From the NCBI GenBank assembly GCA_020850755.1, contig JADZEB010000025.1, forward strand, positions 9,546 through 73,545: DNA of 64,000 nt, given 5' to 3'. This document shows, piece by piece, positions 14,950-24,509 of this stretch; position 1 is the first letter of the stretch, and each line of letters starts with the position of its first letter. The notes below the pieces were generated by a model that saw only the letters and a list, made by a program, of their open reading frames with translations, made no database searches and was not told the DNA's origin. A program made the translations under genes and the position numbers. The DNA comes from Alphaproteobacteria bacterium (lineage in GTDB: Bacteria; Pseudomonadota; Alphaproteobacteria; Acetobacterales; Acetobacteraceae).

Positions 14950-16530
14950 ATGAAGCGACGCGAGCTCTTGGCCGGCGCGGCAGCCCTTGGCACGGGCGCG
15001 GCGCTCGGCATCGGCCCCGGCGCCACGCGCGCCCAGCAGGCCCCTCGCCTGGCCGCGCAGCAGGCGGCGCGGGTGGCGGTGGGTGTCGATGACATCCGCA
15101 CCGTCGATCCGCATTTCTCGATCGGCGTCGGCGAGCAGCCGATCAACAGCGCTGTCTATGAAGGGCTGGCGCGTTTCCCCGACGGGCTGATCACCGGCGA
15201 GAACCTCCAGCCGAGCCTGGCCGAGCGCTGGGAATCCTCGCCCGACCGCAAGACCTGGACTTTCCATCTGCGCCGTGGCGTCGAGTGGCATCACGGCAAC
15301 GGGCCATTCACCTCGGCCGATGTGGTGTTCTCGCTCGATCGCGTGCGCGGGCGCGAGGCCGGCTCGCCCTTCCGCAACACCCTGGCCGACGTGGAAAGCG
15401 TGCGCGCGGTGGACGCGCATACGGTCGAGGTGAAGCTCAAGAACGCTGATGCGGGCTTCCCGGGCCTGCTGGTGAACTATGCCGCCGGCTATCTCGTCTG
15501 CAAGAAGGCGATCGAGAGCGGCGTCGATCTGCGCACGCGCCCGATCGGCACGGGGCCGTTCCGCGCCCTGACCTACCGCCCGCGCGAGAGCTTCACGCTC
15601 GAACGCAACCCGAACTACTGGGGCGGGCGCCCGGCGCTTGATCAGATCGTCGTGCAGTTCATGTCGGATGCCAGCACGCGCGAACTGGCATTGCGCGGGG
15701 GCGAGTTGCACGCGATCGAGATCGCGGCGCGACAGGACGCGGTCGATCGCATGCGGCGCGCGCGCTTCCATGTCGATCTCACCGCGCCGGCGAACATGTT
15801 CACGGTGCATTTCAACACCAGTATGCAGCCCTTCGGCGACATCCGCGTTCGCCGCGCCCTCTCGCACGCCACCAACCGCGACGAGTTGCTGGCCTTCCTT
15901 GGCCGCGACGTCTCCCAGCCCGAGTTCAGTCCGCTGCCGACCGGCTATACCGGCCATACCACCGATGTGGCGCGCTACGAGTTCAACCTCGACCGCGCAC
16001 GCGCCCTGCTGGCGGAAGCGGGGCTCTCGGGCGGCGTGACGCTGAACACACCGGTAAGCAACAATGCGATCTACCTGCCGCCGATGCAGGTGATCCAGGA
16101 GCAGTGGAAGAAGGTCGGCGTCAACCTCGAGCTGCGCGTGGTGGACCATCCCACCTATCACCGCCTGATCCGCGAGAATGTGGCGCCGGTGGTGATCTAC
16201 GGCGCCTACCGCTATCCGCTCACGGGGCGGCTCTATTTCGACCAGTTCTACCACTCCGCGGCGATCATCGGCCGGCCGACTGCGATCACCAACTTCTCGC
16301 ACTTCACTGGCGCTGACGCCGAGATCGAGGCGGCGCGCTTCGAAACGGATGCCGAGCGCCAGAAGCAGCTCTGGGCAACGGTGCAGAAGAAGATCATGGA
16401 GCAGGCGATGGCGATCCCGCTGTTCACGCGCGCCTATGCCATGGCGCGCTCGACCAAGCTCGACATGGGCCACGAGCAGAAGAGCTGGTCCTTCTATACC
16501 TTCACGCACAGGTCGCGGATCCTGGCCTAG
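14950..16530 (+). CDS. ABC transporter substrate-binding protein, family 5 (peptide/nickel/opine type), Tat signal
   Basis: MKRRELLAGAAALGTGAALG is a twin-arginine leader, with GGAGGGAGGA upstream. The mature part looks SBP_bac_5-like (WTFHLRRGVEWHHGNGPFTSADVVFS). Confidence 0.85.
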   Translation: MKRRELLAGAAALGTGAALGIGPGATRAQQAPRLAAQQAARVAVGVDDIRTVDPHFSIGVGEQPINSAVYEGLARFPDGLITGENLQPSLAERWESSPDRKTWTFHLRRGVEWHHGNGPFTSADVVFSLDRVRGREAGSPFRNTLADVESVRAVDAHTVEVKLKNADAGFPGLLVNYAAGYLVCKKAIESGVDLRTRPIGTGPFRALTYRPRESFTLERNPNYWGGRPALDQIVVQFMSDASTRELALRGGELHAIEIAARQDAVDRMRRARFHVDLTAPANMFTVHFNTSMQPFGDIRVRRALSHATNRDELLAFLGRDVSQPEFSPLPTGYTGHTTDVARYEFNLDRARALLAEAGLSGGVTLNTPVSNNAIYLPPMQVIQEQWKKVGVNLELRVVDHPTYHRLIRENVAPVVIYGAYRYPLTGRLYFDQFYHSAAIIGRPTAITNFSHFTGADAEIEAARFETDAERQKQLWATVQKKIMEQAMAIPLFTRAYAMARSTKLDMGHEQKSWSFYTFTHRSRILA

Positions 16531-16568
16531 CGGAGAGGGCCGGGCCGAAGGCGGGCGGCGCAAGGCCG

Positions 16569-17510
16569 ATGTGGAGCTACGCGCTGAAGCGGCTGCTCTC
16601 GGCGGTCGTGATCATGTGGGCGGTGGCGACGCTGGTGTTCCTCGCCATGCGGATCATCCCTGCCGACCCGGCCGAGGTGGTGCTGGGCGACCAGGCCTCG
16701 CAGGAGGCGCTGGCCGCCTTCCGCGCCCGCACCGGCCTCGACCGGCCGCTGCTCGCCCAGTATCTCGATTTCTTCGCAGGCGTGGTGCACGGCGATCTCG
16801 GCCGCTCGCTGATCACCAACGCCCCGATCGCCGAGCAGATCTGGGCGGTGTTTCCCTACACCCTCTCGCTCGCCTTCGCCTCGCTCGCCGTTGGCACGCT
16901 GATCGGCGTGCCGCTCGGGGTCTGGACCGCCGTGCGACGCGGCGGCTGGATCGACTTCCTCGGCCGCATCTTCGCGCTGACGGGATTCTCCTTCCCGGCT
17001 TTCTATCTCGGCATCGTGCTGCTGCTGATCTTCTCGGTATGGCTCGGCTGGACGCCGATCATCCATTCGATCCGCGGGGGCGGCTGGCACGAGCATCTCG
17101 GCAAGCTGGTGCTGCCGGCGCTCAGCCTCGGGCTGATCCAGGCGGCCTATATCACGCGGCTGACTCGCTCGGCGATGCTGGAAGCACTCGGCCAGGACTG
17201 GGTGCGCACCGCCTATGCCAAGGGCCTGCCCGACCGGGTCGTCTACTACAAGCATGTGCTGCGCAACATCATGATCCCGGTGGTAACCGCGATGGGCCTA
17301 TACACCGGCACGATCCTGGGCGGGGCGGTGCTGACCGAGACCGTGTTCAACCGCCCCGGTCTGGGCAAGCTCCTGGTCGGTGCGATCGCGCAGCGCGACT
17401 ACACTCTGATCCAGTCCGGGCTGATGGTGTTCGCATTCATCATCCTGCTGGTCAACCTGCTGGTCGATCTCAGCTACGCCCTGTTCGATCCGCGGGTGAA
17501 GTATGAGTGA
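16569..17510 (+). CDS. ABC transporter permease (DppB/OppB-like)
   Basis: LKRLL..V..L...T.VF...R..PGDP N-terminus, EAA-type loop and RDY..IQ C-terminal motif. Confidence 0.85.
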   Translation: MWSYALKRLLSAVVIMWAVATLVFLAMRIIPADPAEVVLGDQASQEALAAFRARTGLDRPLLAQYLDFFAGVVHGDLGRSLITNAPIAEQIWAVFPYTLSLAFASLAVGTLIGVPLGVWTAVRRGGWIDFLGRIFALTGFSFPAFYLGIVLLLIFSVWLGWTPIIHSIRGGGWHEHLGKLVLPALSLGLIQAAYITRLTRSAMLEALGQDWVRTAYAKGLPDRVVYYKHVLRNIMIPVVTAMGLYTGTILGGAVLTETVFNRPGLGKLLVGAIAQRDYTLIQSGLMVFAFIILLVNLLVDLSYALFDPRVKYE

Positions 17511-18459
17511 GGCCGCCGCCGCGCGCGACGCGGCCCCCTCGCCCGACAGCGCCGCCACCGCTGCTGCTGCCCCCACGGCGGCCATTGCCGATGCGCCGCC
17601 AAGTATGCTCGGCGCGCTGGTCCAGGCTCTGCGCGCCGATCCGGGCGCCGCGGCCGGCTGCCTCGTCATCCTGTTGTTCGCGCTTGCCGCCCTGCTCGCG
17701 CCCTGGATCGCGCCCTACGACCCGACCAGCCAGAACATCGCCCGCGCCATGCAGGGACCGAGTGCGGCGTACTGGCTCGGCACCGACGAGTTCGGGCGCG
17801 ATCTGCTGAGCCGCATCATCCATGGCGCGCGCCCGGCCCTGCTCGTGGGCGTGTTCTCGGTCGTCGTCTCGGTCGCGATCGGCGTGCCGATCGGCATGCT
17901 GGCGGGCTACCACATGGGCTGGATCGACCGCGTGGTGGGCTGGGGCGTGGACATCATGCTGGCGCTCCCCTCGCTCCTGTTCGCGCTGATGATCGTCGCC
18001 CTGCTCGGCCCCTCCACCGGCGTGCTGGTGGTGGCGATCGGCATCTCGCACGTGCCGATCTTCGTCCGCCTCGCGCGCGGCTCGACGCTGGTCGTGCGCG
18101 GCCTCGAATATGTCTCGCAGGCGCGCTCCTTCGGCGCGTCCGACTTCCACATCCTGCGCCGCCATGTGCTGCCCAACATCGTCGGGCCGCTGATCATCAT
18201 GGCCACGCTCTCGATCGCCGGCGCCATCCGCGAGGAGGCGAGCCTGTCCTTCCTCGGGCTTGGCGTGCAGGCCCCGCAACCTTCCTGGGGCAACCTGATC
18301 CGCGACGGTGTCGCCGAGGTGCTGGAGGCACCGCAGCTTGCGATCCTGCCCGGGATTGCACTGACGCTGGCCGTGCTCGCCTTCAACATGGTGGGCGATG
18401 CGCTGCGCGACATGCTCGACCCGCGCGACCTCACCGCCGCGACCAGCAAGAAACACTGA
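17503..18459 (+). CDS. ABC transporter permease (DppC/OppC-like)
   Basis: LGTDEFGRDLLSRIIHGAR motif and six TM segments. It overlaps the upstream stop by 8 nt. Confidence 0.85.
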   Translation: MSEAAAARDAAPSPDSAATAAAAPTAAIADAPPSMLGALVQALRADPGAAAGCLVILLFALAALLAPWIAPYDPTSQNIARAMQGPSAAYWLGTDEFGRDLLSRIIHGARPALLVGVFSVVVSVAIGVPIGMLAGYHMGWIDRVVGWGVDIMLALPSLLFALMIVALLGPSTGVLVVAIGISHVPIFVRLARGSTLVVRGLEYVSQARSFGASDFHILRRHVLPNIVGPLIIMATLSIAGAIREEASLSFLGLGVQAPQPSWGNLIRDGVAEVLEAPQLAILPGIALTLAVLAFNMVGDALRDMLDPRDLTAATSKKH

Positions 18460-18480
18460 GACGACGCAAAGGAGAAACGC

Positions 18481-19956
18481 ATGCGCATCGCGATTGCCGG
18501 CCTCAGCCTGGAATCCGTGAGCTTCCTGCCGATCGAGACCACGATCGAGGATTTCCGCCGTACCGAGGCATCCGGCCCGACCCTGGTCGAGCGCTACCGC
18601 GGCACCAACACCGTGCCCGGCGGCTTTATCGCCGTGTGCGAGCGCGCGGGCGCGGAGATCGTGCCGATCCTGCGCGCCGAGGGCGGCGCCGCCGGTCCCG
18701 CCGCCGACGATGCCTTCGTCCACTATTCCGACCGCATCTGCGCCGGGCTCAAGGCTGCGGGCAGGCTCGATGGCGTGCTCCTCAACTTGCACGGCGCGAT
18801 GGCGACACCGACGCGGCTCGATCCCGACCGCGAGCTGGCCGAGCGCGTGCGCGGCGTGATCGGGCGCAAGGTGCCGCTGGTGGTGGCGCTTGACTATCAC
18901 GCCAACATTGACGCTTCGCTGCTGGAGCAGGCCGATGCCGTGTTCGGCTACCACTACTCGCCGCATGTGGACATGGGCGAGACCGGCGAACGCGCCGCGA
19001 ACTGCATGGTGCGCATGCTCAAGGGCGAGATCCACCCGACCTGCGCCCTGGTCAAGCCTGGCGTGATGGTGCCGAGCATCTTCAGCGCCACGACCCTGTC
19101 GCCGCTCTCCGACATCGTGGCGGAATCGCTGCGCATGGCGAAGGAATCGCCGCGCTACCTCGATGTGTCGGTATTCGCGGGCTTCTCCTATGCCGACGTG
19201 CCGAATTGCGGCTTCTCGGTGCTGGCCGTCTCGGACAATGATCCCAAGGCGGCGCAGGAGGCGGCCGAGCGCCTGTCGCGGCGCGTCTGGAACGAGCGGC
19301 ACGCGCTGATGCATCGCGAGCTGGTGCTCGGTCTCGAAGCCGGCGTTGCGCGCGCGCTTTCCGGCGCCAAGTCGGCGAAGAAGCCGATCGTCATCCTGGA
19401 GCATGCCGACCGGATGAACGATTCCACCCATGTGCTGCGCGCGCTGCTCGGACGCAGCAACGGCGTGCGCGTGGCCGTGCCGCATCTCTGGGACCCGGTG
19501 GCGGCGGCCGAGGCGGTGCGCGCGGGCCAGGGTGCCACGGTCACGCTCGATGCCGGCGGCCGCTCCTCGGACGGGGCCGGCGGCACGGTGCGGCTGACCG
19601 GCAAGGTGCTGTTCGCGGGCGACAAGTCCTATCGCACCACCGGCCCGATGGGTCGCGGCAACCTGGTCAAGCTAGGCCCCACGGCGGTGATCGACACCGG
19701 TGATGTCGTGGTCTGGCTCACCTCCACCCAGCGCACCGCGATCGACGAGGATTGCTTCATCCAGTTCGGCATGAAGGCCGGCGATTTCGGCATCATCGTG
19801 CTGCGCTCGAAGACGCATTTCCGCGCCGTCTACGAGCCGATCGCCGAGGAGATCCTGATCGTCGACACCCCCGACTGGGGGCCGGCCGACCTCTCCACCC
19901 TGCCCTACCGGCATGTGCGCACCGATCGGGTCTTTCCCTTCACCGACCGGAAATAG
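18481..19956 (+). CDS. M81 family metallopeptidase (MlrC/microcystinase C-like)
   Basis: MRIAIAGLSLESVSF..., LLNLHGAM, ..DYHAN.., a C-terminal MlrC-like domain, and 491 aa total length. Confidence 0.7.
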   Translation: MRIAIAGLSLESVSFLPIETTIEDFRRTEASGPTLVERYRGTNTVPGGFIAVCERAGAEIVPILRAEGGAAGPAADDAFVHYSDRICAGLKAAGRLDGVLLNLHGAMATPTRLDPDRELAERVRGVIGRKVPLVVALDYHANIDASLLEQADAVFGYHYSPHVDMGETGERAANCMVRMLKGEIHPTCALVKPGVMVPSIFSATTLSPLSDIVAESLRMAKESPRYLDVSVFAGFSYADVPNCGFSVLAVSDNDPKAAQEAAERLSRRVWNERHALMHRELVLGLEAGVARALSGAKSAKKPIVILEHADRMNDSTHVLRALLGRSNGVRVAVPHLWDPVAAAEAVRAGQGATVTLDAGGRSSDGAGGTVRLTGKVLFAGDKSYRTTGPMGRGNLVKLGPTAVIDTGDVVVWLTSTQRTAIDEDCFIQFGMKAGDFGIIVLRSKTHFRAVYEPIAEEILIVDTPDWGPADLSTLPYRHVRTDRVFPFTDRK

Positions 19957-19959
19957 GCG

Positions 19960-21018
19960 ATGGCCGGACCCGGCAACGGCGCATCAGCCAGCGCCCAGGA
20001 CAGCGCAGCGCCGCTCCTGTCGGTGCGCGATCTGCGGGTCGCGTTCGATACGCGGCGCGGGCGCGTCGTTGCGGTGGACGGGATCAGCTTCGACCTGGAC
20101 GAGGGCGAGACGCTCGGCATCGTGGGCGAGTCCGGCTGCGGGAAGAGCGTCACCGCGCTGTCCGTGCTGCGGCTGGCCGGGCGCGCGGCGCACATCCTGT
20201 CGGGCTCGATCCGGCTGGCCGGGCGCGACCTGCTGACCGTCTCCGATGCGGAAATCCAGGCCGTGCGCGGGGGCGAGGTGGGCATGGTGTTCCAGGAACC
20301 CATGACCAGCCTCAACCCCGTTTTCACCGTGGGCGAGCAGATCGCCGAGCCGCTGATGCGCCATCGCCGCCTGTCGCGGCGCGCCGCACTCGACCGCGCC
20401 GCCGAACTGCTCGACAAGGTGGGCATCCCGACGCCGCGCGCGCGCCTGGCAAGCTACCCGCACGAACTGTCGGGCGGGATGCGCCAGCGGGTGATGATCG
20501 CGATGGCGCTCTCCTGCCAGCCGCGGCTCCTGATTGCGGACGAGCCCACCACGGCGCTCGACGTGACGGTGCAGGCGCAGATCCTGGAGCTGCTCGCCGG
20601 CCTGCAGCAGGAGTTCGGCACGGCGATCATGCTGATCACGCATGATCTCGGCGTGGTGGCCGAGTTCGCCCGCCGCGCCGTGGTGATGTATGCCGGGCGC
20701 ATCGTCGAGCAGGCCGAGGTCGGTGCCCTGTTCGAGCGGCCCCTGCACCCCTACACCGAGGGGCTGCTCGCCAGCATCCCGCCGATGGAGGAGGACCTGG
20801 ACAGCCTGCGCACGATCGAGGGCACGGTGCCGAGCCCGCACGCCATGCCGCCAGGCTGCCGCTTCGCCCCGCGCTGTGCCGCGGTGCGGCCGGCCTGCCG
20901 CACGATCGATCCGCCCTTGCTGGCACTCGCGCCCGGCCACCAGGCCGCCTGCATCGCCCATGCCGATTACCGCTTGCCGGCCGGTTCCGGCCAGGCGCAC
21001 GCGGACACCCCGGCATGA
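19960..21018 (+). CDS. ABC transporter ATP-binding protein (DppD/OppD-like)
   Basis: Walker A GESGCGKS, signature LSGGMRQR, Walker [13 protein letters not shown], and a C-terminal oligopeptide-type extension with [10 protein letters not shown]. Confidence 0.85.
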   Translation: MAGPGNGASASAQDSAAPLLSVRDLRVAFDTRRGRVVAVDGISFDLDEGETLGIVGESGCGKSVTALSVLRLAGRAAHILSGSIRLAGRDLLTVSDAEIQAVRGGEVGMVFQEPMTSLNPVFTVGEQIAEPLMRHRRLSRRAALDRAAELLDKVGIPTPRARLASYPHELSGGMRQRVMIAMALSCQPRLLIADEPTTALDVTVQAQILELLAGLQQEFGTAIMLITHDLGVVAEFARRAVVMYAGRIVEQAEVGALFERPLHPYTEGLLASIPPMEEDLDSLRTIEGTVPSPHAMPPGCRFAPRCAAVRPACRTIDPPLLALAPGHQAACIAHADYRLPAGSGQAHADTPA

Positions 21019-21995
21019 GCGCGGCGTCGCCACCGCTCCTGGCCGTGGACGGGCTGGTCAAGCACTTCCCCATCCGCGGCGGCTTCATGGGGCTCGGCAC
21101 CAAGGGCGCGGTGCGGGCGGTGGACGGGGTGAGCTTCATCATAGCGGCGGGCGAGACGATGGGCCTGGTCGGCGAGAGCGGCTGCGGCAAGTCCACCACC
21201 GGGCGTCTGCTCGTGCGCCTGCTCGAACCCACCGCCGGGCGCATCCAGTTCGACGGCACCGACATCGCCGCGCTCGGCCCGCGCCAGCTTCGCCCGCTGC
21301 GCCGGCACTTCCAGATCATCGCGCAGGACCCCTATGGCTCGCTCAATCCGCGCATGCGGGTGGAGGATATCCTGCGCGAGCCGATGCGCATTGCCGGGCT
21401 GAAGGACACGGAACAGGGCGAGCGGGTGGCGCGCCTGCTTGACCACGTCGGGCTTGCCGCGGGCCACGCCACGCGCTTCCCGCACGAGTTCTCGGGCGGG
21501 CAGCGCCAGCGCATCGCCATCGCGCGCGCCCTCACCTTGCGGCCACGCTTCATCGTCTGCGACGAGCCCGTGTCCGCCCTCGACGTGTCGGTGCAGGCGC
21601 AGATCATCAACCTGCTGCGCGAGTTGCAGCGCGAGATGGGGCTCGCCTACCTGTTCGTCTCGCACGACCTGTCGGTGGTGCGCCACATCGCCGACCGGGT
21701 GGCAGTGATGTATCTCGGCCGCATCGTCGAGCTGGCGCCGAAGCGCCGGCTGTTCGCGGCGCCCCGCCATCCCTACACCCAGGCGCTGCTGTCGGCCGTG
21801 CCGGTGCCGCGCCCGGCGCGGAAGCGCCAGCGCATCATGCTGGCGGGCGACGTGCCGAACCCCGCCGCGCCGCCACCCGGCTGCCGTTTCCATACGCGCT
21901 GCGCCCGCGCGGCCGATGTCTGCCGCGCGCAGGACCCATCCTTGCAGCAGGACACCGAGGGCCGTGCCGTGGCCTGCCATTTCCCCGATCCCTGA
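21015..21995 (+). CDS. ABC transporter ATP-binding protein (DppF/OppF-like)
   Basis: [36 protein letters not shown] and [14 protein letters not shown] overlap with the upstream gene. Confidence 0.85.
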   Translation: MSAASPPLLAVDGLVKHFPIRGGFMGLGTKGAVRAVDGVSFIIAAGETMGLVGESGCGKSTTGRLLVRLLEPTAGRIQFDGTDIAALGPRQLRPLRRHFQIIAQDPYGSLNPRMRVEDILREPMRIAGLKDTEQGERVARLLDHVGLAAGHATRFPHEFSGGQRQRIAIARALTLRPRFIVCDEPVSALDVSVQAQIINLLRELQREMGLAYLFVSHDLSVVRHIADRVAVMYLGRIVELAPKRRLFAAPRHPYTQALLSAVPVPRPARKRQRIMLAGDVPNPAAPPPGCRFHTRCARAADVCRAQDPSLQQDTEGRAVACHFPDP

Positions 21996-22030
21996 GCCGC
22001 AAGGCGGATCGGCCGCGCGGGCGGTGTGGC

Positions 22031-22405
22031 TCAGGGCTTGATGCCGCGCGCCTCCGCCTCGCCCTTCCAGCGCGACAGGCTCCTGCCAACGCGCAGATCA
22101 TCGCGCATCGCGTTCGGTCGCACGCGGGCCATCACCAGCGCCATGAACAGGAGCGGCCCGAAGGCATAGGCCCAGGGCGCGCTCTCGGGCAGCCAGCCGA
22201 TCGCCTGCACGCCCCAGACCAGCAGGAAGCCGAGGCCCCAGACCGGCATCACCGGCACCAGGAAGGCCATGATGCGCCGCTCGCGCTCGCGCAGCAGCAG
22301 GCGATAATGCTGCTCGTTGCCGTCGAGCCGCTCGGCCGCCTCCAGCACCTCGAGCGCGGCCAGCACGGGCGGGGAAAGTCCGTCATAGGGAAACAGGTCC
22401 TTCAT
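22031..22405 (-). CDS. Small hypothetical membrane protein (two predicted TM helices)
   Basis: 124 aa from ATG 22405, with hydrophobic stretches IMAFLVPVMPVWGLGFLLVWGV and WAYAFGPLLFMALVMA. No recognisable family. Confidence 0.4.
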   Translation of the reverse strand: MKDLFPYDGLSPPVLAALEVLEAAERLDGNEQHYRLLLRERERRIMAFLVPVMPVWGLGFLLVWGVQAIGWLPESAPWAYAFGPLLFMALVMARVRPNAMRDDLRVGRSLSRWKGEAEARGIKP

Positions 22406-22595
22406 GGCACCATCCTGTCCGCCGCCACTGGCAGGCGCAAGCGGCGCGCGCGCGGCCCGGACGGTGCCGAAAGGCATCGCACGGCCCCGGACGAGGCGCG
22501 AGAAGAAACATACCTTCCAAGGGTTTAACCGGCCCCGCGGCGTAACCATCTAATGCGTTTTGATATTGGATGCCTGCCGGAACGGATGCGTCGCG

Positions 22596-24410
22596 ATGCC
22601 TCACGATACCACGCTGATCTCGACCATTGTCGCCGGCCTGGCCCTGGCCTTCGTGTTCGGCGTGCTTGCCCACCGCCTGCGCCTGCCGCCCCTGCTCGGC
22701 TACCTGCTGGCGGGCATCGCGATAGGGCCGTTCACGCCAGGCTTCGTCGCCGACCAGTCGCTCGCCACGCAGCTGGCCGAGATCGGCGTCATCTTGCTGA
22801 TGTTCGGGGTCGGTCTGCATTTCTCCCTCAAGGACCTGCTGTCCGTGCGCGCCATCGCCGTTCCCGGTGCCGTGGTGCAGATCGCGGTTGCGACCCTGCT
22901 CGGGCTGGGACTGGCCCTGGCTATGGGCTGGAGCGTCGGCGCCGGGCTGGTGTTCGGCCTCGCCCTATCGGTTGCCAGCACGGTCGTGCTGCTGCGCGCC
23001 CTGCAGGAGCGCCACCTGATCGAGACCGAGCGCGGGCGCATCGCCGTGGGCTGGCTGATCGTCGAGGATATGGCGATGGTGGTGGCGCTCGTGCTGCTGC
23101 CCGCTCTCGCTCCCCTCTTTGGCGGCACCAGCCCAGCGGGCGCAGACCCGCTCGCGGCACGGCTCGGCCTCGGCCTTGGCGGCGTCCTGGCGGCAACCCT
23201 GCTCAAGGTCGTGCTGTTCGTGGTGTTCATGCTCGTGGTCGGCCGGCGTTTGGTGCCCTCTCTCCTGCACTATGTCGCCCATACCGGCTCGCGCGAATTG
23301 TTCCGTCTTGCCGTCCTGGCGATCGCGCTCGGCATTGCCTTCGGCGCGGCCGAGTTGTTCGGCGTGTCGCTGGCGCTCGGCGCCTTCTTTGCCGGCATGA
23401 TCCTGAGCGAGACACCCCTGAGCCAGCACGCGGCGCGGGAATCCCTGCCGCTGCGCGATGCCTTCGCGGTGCTGTTCTTCGTGTCCGTCGGCATGCTGTT
23501 CGACCCGGCCAGCCTATTGCGCCAGCCCTGGCCGATCCTGGCCACCCTGTTCATCATCGTGATCGGCAAGTCGGCGGCGGCTTTCCTGATCGTGGTCGCG
23601 TTCCGCCATCCGCCAGCGACCGCCCTGTTGATCTCGGCCAGCCTTGCGCAGATCGGGGAGTTCTCGTTCATCCTGGCCGAACTTGGCATCAAGCTGAATC
23701 TTCTGCCGACCGAAGCGCGCGACCTCATCCTGGGCGGGGCGATCCTGTCGATCCTGCTCAACCCGATGGCGTTCGCCGCTGCCGACCGCTTCGGCCCGCG
23801 GCAGGATCGCACGCATTCCGCGCCGACGCCGGGCCTCGCGCCCGCGCCGAGCGCTGGGCCACCCGCCCCCGGCACGCCGCACGACGCAACAGCCGAACCC
23901 ACCGCCGAACCCGCAGCGGCCCCGTCGGCCGTGCCCGCACCCAAGCTCGAGCCCGCCTTCCTGGAACGCACCTCGCTTTCGAACCACACCGTGCTGGTGG
24001 GCTATGGCCGCGTCGGTCGCCTGATCGGTGCCGAGCTGCGCGACCGGCGTGAGCCCTTCGTCGTGATCGAGGCCGCCGACGCACGGGTGACCAGCTTGCA
24101 GCAGGACGGGATTGACGCCATCGCCGGCAATGCCGCCCGCGCCGATGCGCTGGCGGCGGCCAATATCGCAGGCGCAAGGACCATCTTCGTTGCCATCCCG
24201 GAGGCGTTCGAGGCCGGCCAGGTGGTCGAACAGTCGCGCGCGGCCAACCCGAAGATCGCCATCATCGCCCGCGCCCATTCCGGCGCGGAAGTGGACCATC
24301 TGCGCGGCCTAGGCGCGGATTCGATCATCATGGGCGAACGCGAGATCGCGCGCGGCATGATCGAGGACTACCGCAGCCGCCAGGCCCAAGCCGACGCCTG
24401 GGACCCGTGA
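22596..24410 (+). CDS. CPA2 family monovalent cation:proton antiporter with C-terminal RCK/TrkA-N domain (YbaL/KefB-like)
   Basis: N-terminal Na/H-exchanger-type TM bundle (LPPLLGYLLAGIAIGP, ...GLHFSL, ...EFSFIL). C-terminal Rossmann HTVLVGYGRVGRLIG..L. Confidence 0.8.
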   Translation: MPHDTTLISTIVAGLALAFVFGVLAHRLRLPPLLGYLLAGIAIGPFTPGFVADQSLATQLAEIGVILLMFGVGLHFSLKDLLSVRAIAVPGAVVQIAVATLLGLGLALAMGWSVGAGLVFGLALSVASTVVLLRALQERHLIETERGRIAVGWLIVEDMAMVVALVLLPALAPLFGGTSPAGADPLAARLGLGLGGVLAATLLKVVLFVVFMLVVGRRLVPSLLHYVAHTGSRELFRLAVLAIALGIAFGAAELFGVSLALGAFFAGMILSETPLSQHAARESLPLRDAFAVLFFVSVGMLFDPASLLRQPWPILATLFIIVIGKSAAAFLIVVAFRHPPATALLISASLAQIGEFSFILAELGIKLNLLPTEARDLILGGAILSILLNPMAFAAADRFGPRQDRTHSAPTPGLAPAPSAGPPAPGTPHDATAEPTAEPAAAPSAVPAPKLEPAFLERTSLSNHTVLVGYGRVGRLIGAELRDRREPFVVIEAADARVTSLQQDGIDAIAGNAARADALAAANIAGARTIFVAIPEAFEAGQVVEQSRAANPKIAIIARAHSGAEVDHLRGLGADSIIMGEREIARGMIEDYRSRQAQADAWDP

Positions 24411-24509
24411 TGCAGCCCGTGCCGATGCTTCCTTGACAAAGGGCGAAATAGCATCACCATACCCCCAGTTCCTTTTGCTAGCGCAACGGGTACAAGGGAG
24501 GGGTTCACG

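Noticed and set aside
24433-24438. Perfect -35 hexamer TTGACA upstream of the second SBP gene
   Set aside because: There is no acceptable -10 at 16-18 nt spacing (ACCATA or CACCAT). The best -10-like hexamer, TAGCAT, is only 10 nt away.
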